Part shown: positions 13,973 to 27,636 of the stretch, piece after piece
How positions within the stretch are numbered: position 1 is the stretch's first letter
Layout: each line of letters opens with the position of its first letter
NCBI RefSeq assembly: GCF_000150275.1
Contig: NW_002060970.1
Span: 332,197 to 396,196, forward strand
DNA from: Trichoplax adhaerens
Taxonomy: Eukaryota; Animalia; Placozoa
Direction of reading: 5' to 3'
Length of the DNA stretch: 64,000 nt
The notes under the pieces: generated by a model
What the model was told of the DNA's origin: nothing
Seen by the model: the letters and a program-made list of their open reading frames with translations, nothing else
Database searches by the model: none
Position numbers and translations under genes: made by a program

Positions 13973-15081
13973 TACCTAGGAAATTCTTGCGATGAAGGTA
14001 ATATTATCACTTTGCTTGATATGATACTTAATCACGCATCAACTAGGCAAATTTCTAATCTACGTATCCTCATATTTCCAGTTACTAAAGAAACCAGCCA
14101 ACTTGCTTGTTCTAGCAGCCCTTGTCCTCAAGGTCATTGCTTGGATACTTTTTGCAAAAATGGAAAAGCCGCTTATATTTGTTATTGCAAGGTCAATGAT
14201 TCATATTTTAACGGTGAAAGCGAATGTCATCGAGGTAAATTTGATAATATATTATTCACAGATGAATTTGCTTGAATGCTATAATTTATGAAACTTACAA
14301 AACTACAAATACGTTTAAAAACACAATCACATGTTAATACGCATATCGCGAAACATATCATTAACTAGACCCGTTGCTTAAAATATGTAAAATTAACTCA
14401 ATGTTAGTTGCATTTTCAATCATTATTTACCAGTGCCAATTCACTATGAAATATCAATATTAATCATCTAAGATCATGTAGGTTACATTAGTTGATCAGT
14501 AGCAATTAAAATAAGTTGAGCGTACTAAATTTCCTCATTACGGCATCTCTTAAAAAATTAACCCTGCATATACGATAGATGGGAATGACTATAAGTAATT
14601 GATATTTGAGCAAAATCTGAATAATGAATCCAGCATAATTCGTAAGCACATGGTAATAACTAAGAATTTTGCTGGCTTGCCATCTTTAGAACCGTGTACC
14701 GATCCTTGCTATAGTAATCGACGTCAAAATCAAGGCAGCTGCCGAATTTCAACTTCTGCTCAGAATTCAACCTCTTTGACTTACGAATGCACCTGTTCAT
14801 TGACATACTACGGTCCTTCATGTCAATACTTTGGTAAAAAATGCCGTAAAATTTAATTTAGATATTTGCAATAGATTTAATGCGCTTGTGAATCATAATC
14901 GTAGCTTTCTCCGGGTTGAACACCGCTTTCTTTACTGGTAATAAGAGTTATTATTTTCCGTTCCATTCAATAGATCCATGCCTTTCTTCACCATGTTCAT
15001 TTGGGGCTTGTTTATATGATAAAATTAGCGGCTATTCTTGTATTTGTCCTGGTGGATATACTGGCATCTATTGTTCAACAA
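13692..15081 (+). pseudogene. EGF-like repeat gene fragments, probably degenerate
   Basis: Phase-1 EGF exons at about 13890-13997, 14082-14234, 14690-14833 and 14974-15081 (e.g. DPCLSSPCSFGACLYDKISGYSCICPGGYTGIYCS). Two EGF modules have lost a Cys (IRLCYQG; SNRRQNQGSC). No convincing start or terminal exon was assembled. Confidence 0.65.
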
Positions 15082-15208
15082 GTAATAGCATGTTTCTCTT
15101 TTATCACTATCAATTTATATGAGTTCGTGTCGAATATAGGTATTTGGAGAGGTACAGAGTTCGAATTAACATTTAATCATTTTTAGCCATAAATCATGAA
15201 GGCAATTT

Positions 15209-15288
15209 AAATATGGTATTACCAAAAATGTGCTAACGACGCACACTAAATATGGTAATACCAAAAATGTGCCAACTACCCACACTAG
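15209..15288. repeat. 39 bp tandem duplication
   Basis: AAATATGGTA.TACCAAAAATGTGC.AAC.AC.CACACT occurs twice, head to tail. Confidence 0.8.
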
Positions 15289-18200
15289 GCACGCTGCTTA
15301 CTGAATGCTCGCCATCAACCTTTCTTGGTTCTAACTGAAATCACTATTTCACCTTGTAAACTGTGAATAGCAAGGTGAGAAACAGAATGAAAGCAGGCAA
15401 TCTCACCTTTGGGGTCGGGAAAAAGTGGAAGACAACATGGACAATATGGTAAGACGATTTTCTTTTTGCAATATACCTTCCTGTCATGATAGCCTTTGCT
15501 AGCAGAAATGCTGTACCAAATATACTGACTATTTTATCTTTTCATGTTATTTTTACCAAGAACTTGCTGAGATCGTTTCTCTTTCAAGTCCGTCTTTTAC
15601 TGCAATTTACAATAAACATTCAACTAGCTGCACAATTGCATTGATTGCAATACTATTAAGTTTGTTTTGATATATTTTTGGGTATTGGTTAAACTGACTT
15701 TTGGGGGTTTGCTTTATGATCGACGAGATAATCCATGATAGACTGTATTAGTAAGAATCTAGCGGTATTAAAAAATGTTAAGTTTGTGATAAATTTCATC
15801 ATTATTAGATGCAGCCTAAAACTTATCAATGATAGATATACTATATACTTAATACAGTATTATTATTACGATATACAGTATATAGAAACTCGAGACAGCT
15901 TCTACTTCTACTTTATGCTAAGCTACCATATAGTGAGCTGTTAGCTACTAGGTTATAGATGATGGATATAGTATGTTACCTCCAAGCATTACCCCATAGC
16001 AGAAGTAAACTATTTCCCTTACTTTAAAACTTCGACAAATGTTAACAGATATTGATGCGAAAAAAAAATGGGACAAGGGAAGCCAATTGTTATGTAACTT
16101 AGAATTGTGATTGTAGACTGTTAGCTATGTTTATTATAATGTACGGTAGATATTTATCATAAGAGATATCTGGTAGCTATAACTATAGACTGTAGTGGTA
16201 TAGACTCTATGCTAGAGTACAGATGACTATATACAGTAAGCTGTTGAGTTACTAATAAGGTTATAGGTAAAAATAGAACTGTAAATCATATATTAGGATA
16301 AGGTTAATTCATTGTACTTTGGCTGGTGTGAATAATGTCTACGTAAGTACTGTAGTCGTATCCATATTGGATTAATGATGATCCGCAGTAGAATAGTCTT
16401 ACTAAGAATAATTTAACTATGTGTAAAATAAGGTAAAAGGTTGCCATGCGGATTGTAGCTGCGAATGCTACGAAAAGTATAAAGCATGCAACTTTAGATT
16501 ATTCTGTTAGTTCGTTGTAGAAGTCTTTAGTAGTAGTATTCGGCTAAAGTAGAGCAGTGTGTAGTTGATCTTTGTATAAGATTCAATAAAGGCCTTATTT
16601 TTCTAAAATTTAGAATTTCGTGATTGGTATATATCACACCAATATTAATAATTTTAGCTTAGAAACAGGAAAGATCTGATTGTGGATCACGTTTTAGTTC
16701 AGGTCTACTAAATTTATAAACTTTGAAACGTCTCATATACTTTCTTAGTGAAATTTTCTTTAACTAACAGTTTCAATTATTAAAGATTTTGATCAAAGTT
16801 TCCGTAGTAGACGGGTTGTTAGCCCTAGGTTCGTAATCCGTCAACTCAAAATTCTGAGTTGTTAAAATCGAGCGAATCCCTAATGTAACACAAAATAGTC
16901 AACACCATATAATTGACTTTGGTGTCAAAGTATTAGCGTTAAGTCGACCGGAGTGCAACGAAAGTAGAATCAAAGTTTGTTAAAGTTTCGTAGCTTGATC
17001 TCTACACTTTTCATTTCATTACATTAGAGTTGCTGACAATCTATAACAGTTAAGTTTATTAACGTCTGTGTATCGTCCACCGAAGAAGGAGAATTCCAAT
17101 TTCTTCCCCTCATAATAACAGTCGAAAATGGCTAAGATAAACCAGATAAGCGACTTAACCTCCTCGATAACAATTCTATACAACTTATACAAATTATCAT
17201 TAATTGCTCCTCTACATAGTATTCATCAATCACATTAGTACATTGCTTAATAACATTACTTAATATGGTTATCAGCTACGACCTTATATAGTATATACTT
17301 AAAATTCATTTTTAGTAGTCATCTAGCCGTAACTAACAATATGGTTGAGGTTAATTTGCTCCGGCAGTTTTTTGCTAATATTTTCAAGGTTTACTTTATA
17401 GAGAGAAAAAACTAGCTTCCGTATAGAATATTATGGAGTTGCAAAACTGTATGATGACCATGTACATCAAATGAAGATAATTCTTATCTATCGATACTAG
17501 CATCATTGAGGCAAATGGAGTGCTGTAGTGATGCTAAAAAAGAAGTTGTTGTTACGTTGTTACGAAGTTAAATATTTAAAAAATTTTGTATAGTATCTCA
17601 TTAAGAGTCTTGCGGAATGTACTTCAAAGTAAACATCAAAAGTAAACGAATAGAAATCATCCTTGTAATTTAGCAAATAAACTGATTTTATTATTTCCCG
17701 TCTTGTTGATTAATCTTGGGAAGTCCTTTCTGTTCTAAGAATGGTCGAATGTAACGATAAATTTTCAGAATTAGGTTATATGAAATTATTGGATATCATC
17801 TTGCATGACTTTCATCTGCTTCAATATTGATCTTAATTTCCTAAAAGGATTGATAGTTCATTACTAGTACTTGGTAGATGTAGAAAGTAAGATTTTTTAT
17901 TGTATCTATTAATTAATTATTGGAAAGGCTAATTTTAGAACAAGTTATTTTCTATCTTCTCTGGAGCTAGAGAGGAAGTGACTAGATTTCCTCTTTTCAT
18001 CTGTCGTAGTGTCGAAGTTATTTTCCATTCATTGATGCCCTAATACGTGATGAAAATTTTTCCTTTTTGTGTCCTATATAATAAAATTAATTTGTCTCGC
18101 TATGGTGTCGTCTTGAAATCTGTAAATAATTTATTAACTAAAGGACAATTAAAAATAATTTCGGTTGTTGCACTTTATTCACTTTTCAATACTCTGAGTA

Positions 18201-21200
18201 GAGTACTGTAGATGGAGCTAGAGAAGTATAGTAATAAATTTAGGGAATTTTTCAACTCTTGCCTGTTAATGTACTATAAACATTTTCGATTTTGCATCAC
18301 AGGAATGATATGCTACTTTGACATCAGCGATATAGTCATATATTTCTTGTTATTGACAACTAATTGATTTTTCTGACCTTTGAAAGGTACTCTACTCAAT
18401 GCAGATTATATCTTTTTGCACACCAATGTGACGAAATGAAGAAATGATGAGAGAAATTAGTGTATGCTGTACTCATCAATTTTTGCCCATTTCATCCCAA
18501 GTGTAAATAGTAGATAAGGTTAAGAATTCTGATAGCTGTCCTTGGGCAGAATGCTATACTGTCAGTTACCGTTAATAGCTAGATTTTTGATCCTATAATA
18601 TTAACTATAAAAAATGCTGCAGTATTAGTATACAATACGCATCCATTAGAAGAAACAAGGTCGTAAGGTAGGTTGAGAATCTATACCTAATGAAACATCA
18701 ACAAGTCATCCTTGCAAGCAAGGCTTTTACTTCCTATTCCAACCAATGACGATATAGAAGTGATTTCTCATAGAATTTTAGGCTCTTTCATCAAATTACG
18801 TGCACTAACAACTATCGAAAAAATAAATTATGATATTGAACAATAAATATAGTTGTTCTATCTAGGCTGACAGACATCAGTAAGGATTAACTAACATTAT
18901 CCATGATAAAGACCATAAACGAAATTCTTTCTACTCTTTCAATTTATTTCAATTTAGGCAGGTTTAGTCTATAATAAATAGAAGGGGCGTTGGATTAATG
19001 GTATTCATCGTTGTCATCGCTATTCGATTGGCATTGATAGAACAAAGCAATCATTTAAAAATTGTTAGGCTGTGCTCTGTACCTTGCTGTTATATTGGTA
19101 ATATCATTTGTATGACAAAGAAAAGGATCCAGTCCATTACTTGTTGATATTGAGTAAATTAATTGGCATTTCCATTACTATAACTGTAATATTTATTTGT
19201 TCATAATCAATGAGAAAAGACAAGATGATCTGAAAATAAATAATAACAGACTTCTGACGTAGGTTCATTGATTAAGTGCGTACGTGATCGATTCGTCTTT
19301 GATGACAATTTCATCAACCGGAGACTTGAATATATTGAGTTTTCTTTCTAGATTGTTTTCATTCCCTACATTCTATCCTATTTCATTAGTATTGAAAAGA
19401 TCTACGCTATCATTTTGCTTAGCTCATCAGGTTAGTAAAGAAAAAATGCCTATTTGACCATTTTATTATGCAGCATTTGTTGATTGGTAAAAGGAAATGC
19501 AGTAGATCGAACAAATAGATAAACCAGTTTATAATCCATTTTATTTTATAAAAGGTTTACTCTCGGCCGTGAAAGAATTTCAATCGTCATTACTTTAAGA
19601 AACCATCGAAAAAAAACATTATGTCATTTATCAAGCAAGGAACGACTCGAATGGCTATGGAAAAAGCATCGACAGCTAACAGTGAGTTAAATGGTAGTAA
19701 TTCGTTTTAGTTTAATCACAGCGAAAGTAGTGAACTAGAAATTGATCTATTGGATACGAATAATTTTTATAACTTATATTGATTTTGTTACTGTAGGTAA
19801 TACTACTGCAGTTCATCATGAACAAGAAGTAGAAATAAGATCGACTCCTGTCGATCAAAATAATACTAAGCAGGGCAGTACGGATTTCTTTGCTCAATCA
19901 GTCAGACACACTGAAAAGAATTCTCGAATCGAGGTTCCCTGGACCGATTGGAGAGAATTTGTAGCCTGTTGTAATGGTTAAAATCGCCATCGAGATAATA
20001 CAGTTTCAATGTTTTTATTTATTTCACCATTGTAAATAGAGCTTTTCAGCATTAAGATTCAGCTTCCGTGAATATTAACTCTGCCTGAATGACATAATAG
20101 TAAGTTAACTAAACAGTCTATACTGCTATCATGATTTGCAATTTATCAACCTATTTAGATTGCCTATCATTCTGCTACAAAATACTTTTAAAATGTATTT
20201 ATTATAAGTTATGGAATATCAAGGCAAAAATACGGGTTTTTCATTTGATATTGATGTTTTGATTTGCTTATTGGTCCATGTATCGATGATCACTACTTGT
20301 AATGTAAAGAATTGATTAATTTATAACCTGTATTTCACACATCAAGTACCCGTATCATCCATCAATGTACTAAACTTGTAAAAGATGGCAGACTTGATTG
20401 CTGAAAGGTTTATTGATTAACTAGTCATGATTAATTATACTCCTACAGTTGGCTGTAGTCATTATTTATAACCTACGACTAGTGTACATGTAATTTAGCT
20501 CTTACATTTTCTAGCGGGCATATTTTAATATCATTATTGTGCCGTATTTTACTTGAAATCATAACATTATCACGTTATTTTTCGATCTATTTTATTTATA
20601 GTTCAAGGCATCCTTGTCCAATTTATCCTGATTATAATAAAATCGTTATAATATCTTATATTGAATTCAACGGTTGTCTGCTTGATATTAATGTGGCAAG
20701 CTGTTAGTTAATTAATTCATCAATTGATCTACATTTGGTTAATACTGCTATTAGCAGCGTGTACAGTAGTAGTCTTTCTGTATACAGTACTAAAGGAGGA
20801 TTGGGCAGATTTGAATTTTTATTACATCAATATCGCGGAGACGTTCTGCTTTGATCAGTCGTTTAGTTCTGTTGACTACGGGTCTAATATGGGGAAATTC
20901 TTGATATCCTCACATTCTATTTAACATATTGAATATGAGATTTTAATCAAGAACATTTGAAATATATATAGATTACAAATTTAAATTCATTAACGGCCCC
21001 AAAGTTGATATGATACTTATTTTACAGCCTCCAACCAACTTAGAAAGTGTACTGAGGGAAGATTGATTTTCTTGAATATATATATACCACGATATTAAAA
21101 CGACTAAATCCATTTAGGGTACTATCACTTTATATTTAAGTAGTTTTACTCTAGCAATCTAGTCACTGGTAACTTTCACACTAGTTTAAAAGGAACTAAG

Positions 21201-22377
21201 AAAATCATTGTATATACATATCAAGCAAATGAGCCTACCACAGTTTACATATAATACTACTTTCATCAGAATTTTGAATGAACAAAGTTTTTCGTCAAAT
21301 GTAGGACACTGATAGTGAATAATACACAATTATCATATTTATTTATATACTGAATACAAACTTAAGTTGTAGACAACTCTAATTAAAATTAGCTCGTTAA
21401 TAAACCGATTAGAGCATACGAGGTCGGCACGAAAACAACCTAATATACGTATAGGTGTATATAAGTTAATATACGTGTGTATCACCAGGTGATAAATACA
21501 CTACTTTAAATTGACTCCATACTACAACAGTACGTCCGTCAACAAAGCAGCATTAGTGTTTTGTCAATAAGCGTACAGACGTAAACAATCGTTACTAGTT
21601 GCAAATAAATGCAATATTATCGTCTTCTAAAATACTTCATAGCAATTCTAAACGAATTAAGTCATTATTACAAAAATATCAGTGTAACTTATTGTTACGG
21701 AACATACTGTAGTTCCGTAACAATATGCAAGTTTCTAATCATGTTTCAGGTTTATTACACGTTGGCAGATAACAGTGGGTATCCGCTAAACTAGTTCCTA
21801 ACATCGGTATTTTCGATTCGGGAATTCGTCCCTAAATTTAGGAATTATTATCATTTCAAATAAAATCTATCTGCCTAAGATTACAACGCTTATAACGTAA
21901 ACATTAATACTTGTATATCCGATCAGTAGCCCCACAGTATGTATTGACGTCGTATTTAGTGGTAGAATAACATCAGAATCTAGACGGTAATCGCCATCCA
22001 CTAATTAATCTAAATCTACTATTATATACAATTAGCTACTCGAGGTAGTTTAGCACCATACCAGGACACTATCCTACTTTAATTAAGGATATAGCATATA
22101 CATCCGTTTGGAGTATGAACTTGACATATACAGTGTATAAATTTGAATAGCACATAACGGGTTGATCATGTTGCTTTATCGCTTATATTTTTACATACTA
22201 CAGATAGCTGGATATAAAGGCGTGATAAATCCGATTTTTAGTTTAGTTTAATTTTACTTCTTTGGCTTAGATTTGAAATCAAGCTATTTTTTGACATCAA
22301 ACCAAATAATCTTATTCTCGTTGTTCTTGAAGTTGCCTGCTTGGCTAATCGATTATTTGGTAGCAGAGGCGTTTTGT

Positions 22378-23352
22378 TTAACATTTCGAAAGGGAGCACA
22401 ATGCACATGTATAACGACGTACAAAGGCTATAATGCTACTGCGCAAATTCTTATTATAAAAACCGTAAATTATAGGGCTAGCAACTGAATTCCAAGAAGC
22501 AATATAAGCTAGCCATTCATTAAGCAAATAGCGAAACTCTCTGGGTATGACACGATAATTAGGATAATAATAATGATGAATTTCGTTATGTTGTATGGTC
22601 TTAGCAGAATAATGTACACTCCAACAATAATATAATTGATATAGCTTTGGTTGCCTTCAAAGCCGCAGTTGATTGGATACCTGTACTAGTACGTTGAATT
22701 CTTCTTGCATGATCACGAGCTACTAAATATATTTGAGCGTAGAATACAATCATTACTAGTCTTTGGAATATAGACATTAAACATGGACAAGAGATGTGCC
22801 ATGCTTGTAAACTTTGATAACGATTTTCTATTGCTTCGGATAGCAGGCAAAAGTTGGGACAAATTCTCCACTATCCAATTATTAACGGTAAGAATGCGAT
22901 AAAAGTAGGTAAAATCCAACACCCAAGAAGGATAACTGCAAACATTGCTGATTTATAAGTACTAATTCGGTTATACCAGAACGGCAATGTTATGGTAATG
23001 AAGTTCTCTAAGCTAATGGAATACAAATGTGAAAATTCATACAGCATACGAAAACAAATTGTATAATTGCTGGTACTATCAGGCAATAGATGTTAATGAA
23101 AGTGTGGATCGAATTACGTATAGTTAGTACTTTAGCGGCCAACACAAAAATAAAGCCATAAGCTATGTTGGCTAAGCATAAGCTGCCGACCAATAAACTG
23201 GTTTTATTCCGAAGCGATCGCTTAGAGCAAATAATGCCCAGTATCAGCAAATTGGTCATGAGAATACAAACGAAAAAGTATACACCATCCGATTGAGACC
23301 GTAATTTCAAATTTTATTATCCGACGAAATACAATGCTGGTGACATTATTTT
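22378..23352 (-). pseudogene. Intronless rhodopsin-like (class A) GPCR pseudogene
   Basis: Recognisable segments lie in different frames: TM1-2 (MTNLLILGIICSKRSLRNKTSLLVGSLCLANIAYG), DRY-like ISLENFITITLPFWY, TM4 LLGCWILPTFIAFLPLI, post-TM5 YAQIYLVARDHARRI, TM6 LKATKAISII, TM7 WLAYIASWNSVASPIIYGFYNKNLR. Several frameshifts/stops; no in-frame ATG upstream of TM1. Confidence 0.88.
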
Positions 23353-25008
23353 AAAAAAAGTGCACATTATGACACGGTGTAAAGGACACTTCTTGGATTG
23401 GGATTTTTCATTTAGGATGGATTCAAATTGTGATAGCTTTATTGAAATGTTTTATTGGCTGAAGTAATCTATTTTTGTGATTTTATTGGATCAAATATTA
23501 CTTCTTCATCTGAAAGTGATACGTAAAATCTTTATTACTGGAGTAGTCAATGAAAGAGCCGGAAAAAATCCGCTGCTTCTAAAGTTTTTTCTAGCTGAAA
23601 TATTATTTCTAATAAGGTTCGCTGTCCTTCAAAATTGATAACAATTCTGGTAATGAATTTTAAGCAAAAATGAATATTAAGAAATCAAAGCAATACAATA
23701 AGATATATGTAGATTCAGTGGTAAATCTGTTTGAGATCTTTAACATCATTAATCGATGGTGACATTTATTACAGACTACAGTTATAATACTACCTTAATA
23801 TCTTACCTATTTGAATTGCCATCACTAGATCAGGATAACTGCTATAATACTAGTCTATCTATCTAACCATACAACTTTATTGCACTAATGATGCATAAAT
23901 GTACTATGCAGCTGATAATAGCGGTACATTTTTGGAGATATACATCTTAAGAATAATAACAATTGATTATATATTATAATTAATAGGTGTGATGTATAGC
24001 ACATAATAGTATAGTACTGTCAATGTTATAAAACTAGTAGTAGGATCGAGATAAAACTCTATTGGCTGAATATACTGCTGTGTTTCAGCTGGTAAGTAAA
24101 CAGGTGTTACCGTTCATAACATGGAACGTTCGTTACCTAACAACTGGAATGAACATTCAATTGGTTGATTGCTTTTGAGCTCAATAACCTCATAGCCATT
24201 TCACCAAGCCCACTTACGTTACTGTTAGTCGGATAATATCGCATCATAGAAATGCCACGGTTTCTTTCTAGTGCAACCTAAGGATCGCTACTTGTCTTTC
24301 GCAGGGTTGGTTCAATTTTAGTGGGTGCTATCAGGAACTACTCAACCCAAATTTCCCTCTCAACGTCGCTTACCGAAACTCTGATTTCCTATACTGTTCC
24401 TATTTACTATCATTCTCGTAACTTGGTAACCATACTTAGTCTCTCATTAATGAATCTTCATGACAATAAGTATACCGAAGATATCATTGTTATTCTTAAC
24501 ATTTTTACACAATACAACAGTGTAATAGACAAAAGGCAAAGTGAATGTATGGCACTTGCTTATTGTACAGTACACTGTCCACTAGAGACCCTCTATTGTA
24601 CACAGTACTACGGCAGAAGAATAGAAGAATACTTGAACTGGACACTCTGTGGATGGACAGACATCTGGCCAACTTTGGTCAACAAATTGTGTTGATGACA
24701 GCACTGTACTTTAATACGCAGCCAGTCGATTGTGAATTGACTGATTTTTTCCTGAATAGACAGTAAGTAATATTACATTGTATTCTATTGCCTGTTACGA
24801 AGCTCTGCTTGGAAGCAGTAGCTATAGATTATAAATTTAAAAGTTACTTCAATTAATACGAGTTGATTTAGAAAACAGACATGGAAGATCCATACCGAGT
24901 AAGTATTTTTGGACATTTTCGGAGGCATCTGCTATGAAAAGTCCGTCCACCTGTCCGCCCAGGTATACAGTATATCTACTATTATCTAGTGGTCCATGAC
25001 TGTAAGCC

Positions 25009-25460
25009 TACAGTACTGTATACTGTACATATAGTACTGTACACTCATCCAGTACTGCACCGCATGTACTGGACACTGTACAGCACGATTAACTTGGGCG
25101 AAACTAAGGAACATAAACCGTGGAGGCTAAATCAAGCCCAAAGTACGCACAGTACCTATCGATTTTGAACACGAGTGTCGACAAATAACAACTTGAAGTT
25201 TTCGACGCCATCTTGCTATCGACGTTAATCGCGTTGTTCTGTACAGTACTGTACACTGAACACTGTGCGTATTGTACCGTACGGTACAGACATACACTGT
25301 ATACTGTAGATCATAACGGTTTGACCCGAACCGAACCTTTCTCAGGTCTGGGTACGGTACAGTACACAGTTTTGCTACAATGCATCGCGCTTGTCACTGT
25401 GCACTGTACACTGTACGGTACACTGTTATTCGTCACAGCATTGACTGTACTGCTCTGAAC
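25009..25460. promoter_or_regulatory. ACAGT/ACTGT-rich array around the probable RPL29 transcription start, with YY1-like and TCT motifs
   Basis: Dense TACAGTACTGTAC-type words at 25009-25083 and 25239-25460. GCCATCTTG (YY1-like) at 25207-25215. CCTTTCTC (TCT/5'TOP-like) at 25336-25343, followed by candidate splice donors. Confidence 0.6.
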
Positions 25461-25782
25461 ATATCCGCTGTACTAGAGGACAGTATAGGACAAGACTCTA
25501 TTGTGTCGTTCTCTACCATTTTATGGTATGACTGCAACCCTGATTGCTGATAGTCCATGTTAACGACTTCCTTTCCATCAAAGCAAGGTGAAGGACGCCA
25601 CGGTAAGTTAGCAATGCCGAATGATATCCATCTGGCATCGTCTTCATCCTTAGCAATCATCGTTCTTAACTTGTGTCTACTATTTTAGTACAATCCAATG
25701 TTTATGTTGGTGTAGTTTTTGCCAATTTTTTAAATGATGATCTTGTGTTTGATGATACTTTTAGTGTTGATCACTTTTGCAA

Positions 25783-26168
25783 ATCATCGTTTGCTGCATT
25801 ACACTCCGCTCTGGAATTCAGTTGTTGTGTTGTTACTGTATTACTGCAACGAGGATGATCGAAAAACTGCTCGCACTTACTGTAGATACCTTAGTTCATT
25901 GCTACGCCATCATCATTGGCTACATTACACTCCGCTGTCGAATTCAGTTGTAGTGTTGTTACTGTACTACTGCAACGAGGATGATCGAAAAACTGCTTGC
26001 ACTTACTGTAGATACCTTAGTTCATTGCTCCGCCATCATCATTGGCTACATTACACTCCGCTCTCGAATTCAGTTGTAGTGTTGTTACTGTACTACTGCA
26101 ACGAGGATGATCGAAAACTGCTTGCACTAACTGTAGATACCTTAGTTCATTGCTCCGCCATCATCATC
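25783..26168. repeat. 126 bp tandem repeat, about 3 copies, in the probable 5' UTR intron of RPL29
   Basis: CATTACACTCCG starts at 25797, 25923 and 26049; units are nearly identical. Confidence 0.95.
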
Positions 26169-26706
26169 ATCCTGTATCGAGTAGGAGTATTTCAACGTTA
26201 GATATCGTTAATAGATATTACGTCTGATCATTCAAATCCATACTGCAGTATCGAGTAGTAGTGATGCAGAGGTGTTTATACTTTGTCATCAACCTGAATA
26301 CGTAGATTAGAACGGTTGCTTTTAAAATTCAGTTGATAAACTTGGAATGGTATAGATTCGTGCATCAGCGATGTTCTGCTAGTTTAACGTTGCTTGTTCT
26401 AATTGTCAACAATTTTAATCATTGAAATACGATTTGATGAAACGGCACTTTCAAGTGAAATGGTAGTGATCATGAGCCGATTGTATAGATATTATATATA
26501 TATATATACTATACAGTATATTAAATGGATACTAATTAGTCTGATCTTGCATTAAATGGATCTAATTGGATCTTGCTAAATTCCTACTTTAAATTATACG
26601 TGTTTCATGAATGCCAGAGAATATCGCCTTAAAGTGGATACGTATTATTGATAACTAGGTGTATAACCAAATTGTTGTATAACGTACAGAAAACTGTTCG
26701 ACTATC

Positions 26707-27636
26707 ATGGCTAAGAGCAAGAATCATACCAATCATAATCAAGGTTAGCTTATTGAATTATTTCATTAAAATCTATGTATGCTGCTTTTTCGGAGGTTAC
26801 CGTTACGTCTTCGATGCCTGATCATTCTGGAGTGCAACTCCTGATCTAATAAAGGGAAAATTAAGAAATTATCAATTTTCCCTATTGTGAATAGTTATAG
26901 TAGACACGTTACCGGTAGTACTGTACACGAACACTTACATGAAAAATTGAATAAGATTGATTTGAAAGCAGAACAATTAAGAAATACGGTAGTTTGCATA
27001 TGACTGTGACTGTACTGTACCCCTTGGATTAATTATACTTCTCATCCAATCGCTATGTGAATGCAAGAGACTAGTAACATTATGGACTGCGGTGTGATAA
27101 TATTGCTTAACGCTTTTGAATTATCCTTTGATTATAGGATTTAAAAATCATAGGAACGGTATCAAACGCCCGAAAACCAACCGTTATCCATCTTTGAAAG
27201 GGGTAAATCGAGATTTATTCTTAATGTCTTTGGATAGTTTTTATTTATGCAGTCTATGTGCAACGTCACTATAGCGTATATCATATAGATGTCTCCTTTA
27301 AATGTTAGTGTTTCTCTCTCAAAATGAAATGAAATCTGCCGAGTACTATGCACAATACTGTATTTAGTGATACCACTACGCAATGGAAGTGCTAGAAATG
27401 CTTTAATGTAGTTCATAAATGTTGGATTAAGTCATTTTTTGGAGGCGCTGTTCTAGTTATTACAGATTATGGATGCTAAACGTACATTGCATCAGCGAGA
27501 AAGTTTTGCATACTGTGCAACGTCAATTGATCAACTTTTACTTTACTACTTGTTGTTTATATAGGTCGACCCTAAATTCCTACGAAACTTACGATTTGCC
27601 AAGAAACACAACAAACGGCATCCTAAGCAGGAATAA
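26707..27636 (+). CDS. RPL29: 60S ribosomal protein L29 (eL29), 57 aa
   Basis: Exons 26707-26743, 27138-27202, 27565-27636 give [57 protein letters not shown]. Missed by the ORF track because the exons are small. Confidence 0.97.

Noticed and set aside
16808-16845. GGTTCGTAATCC, T-arm-like motif in a hairpin
   Set aside because: No cloverleaf or A-box could be built; not a tRNA.
25150-25211. Minus-strand AAGATGGCG as the start of a gene divergent from RPL29
   Set aside because: No downstream exons or recognisable protein could be assembled; better explained as a YY1-like site.
26434-26544. TTGATGA...CTGA, a possible C/D snoRNA in an RPL29 intron
   Set aside because: Contains a (TA)n run, has a weak terminal stem and no recognisable rRNA antisense element. 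A snoscan/Rfam search would be needed.
26990-27110. Hairpin-AGACTA-hairpin, a possible H/ACA snoRNA
   Set aside because: No ACA box at the expected 3' position and the second hairpin is short.
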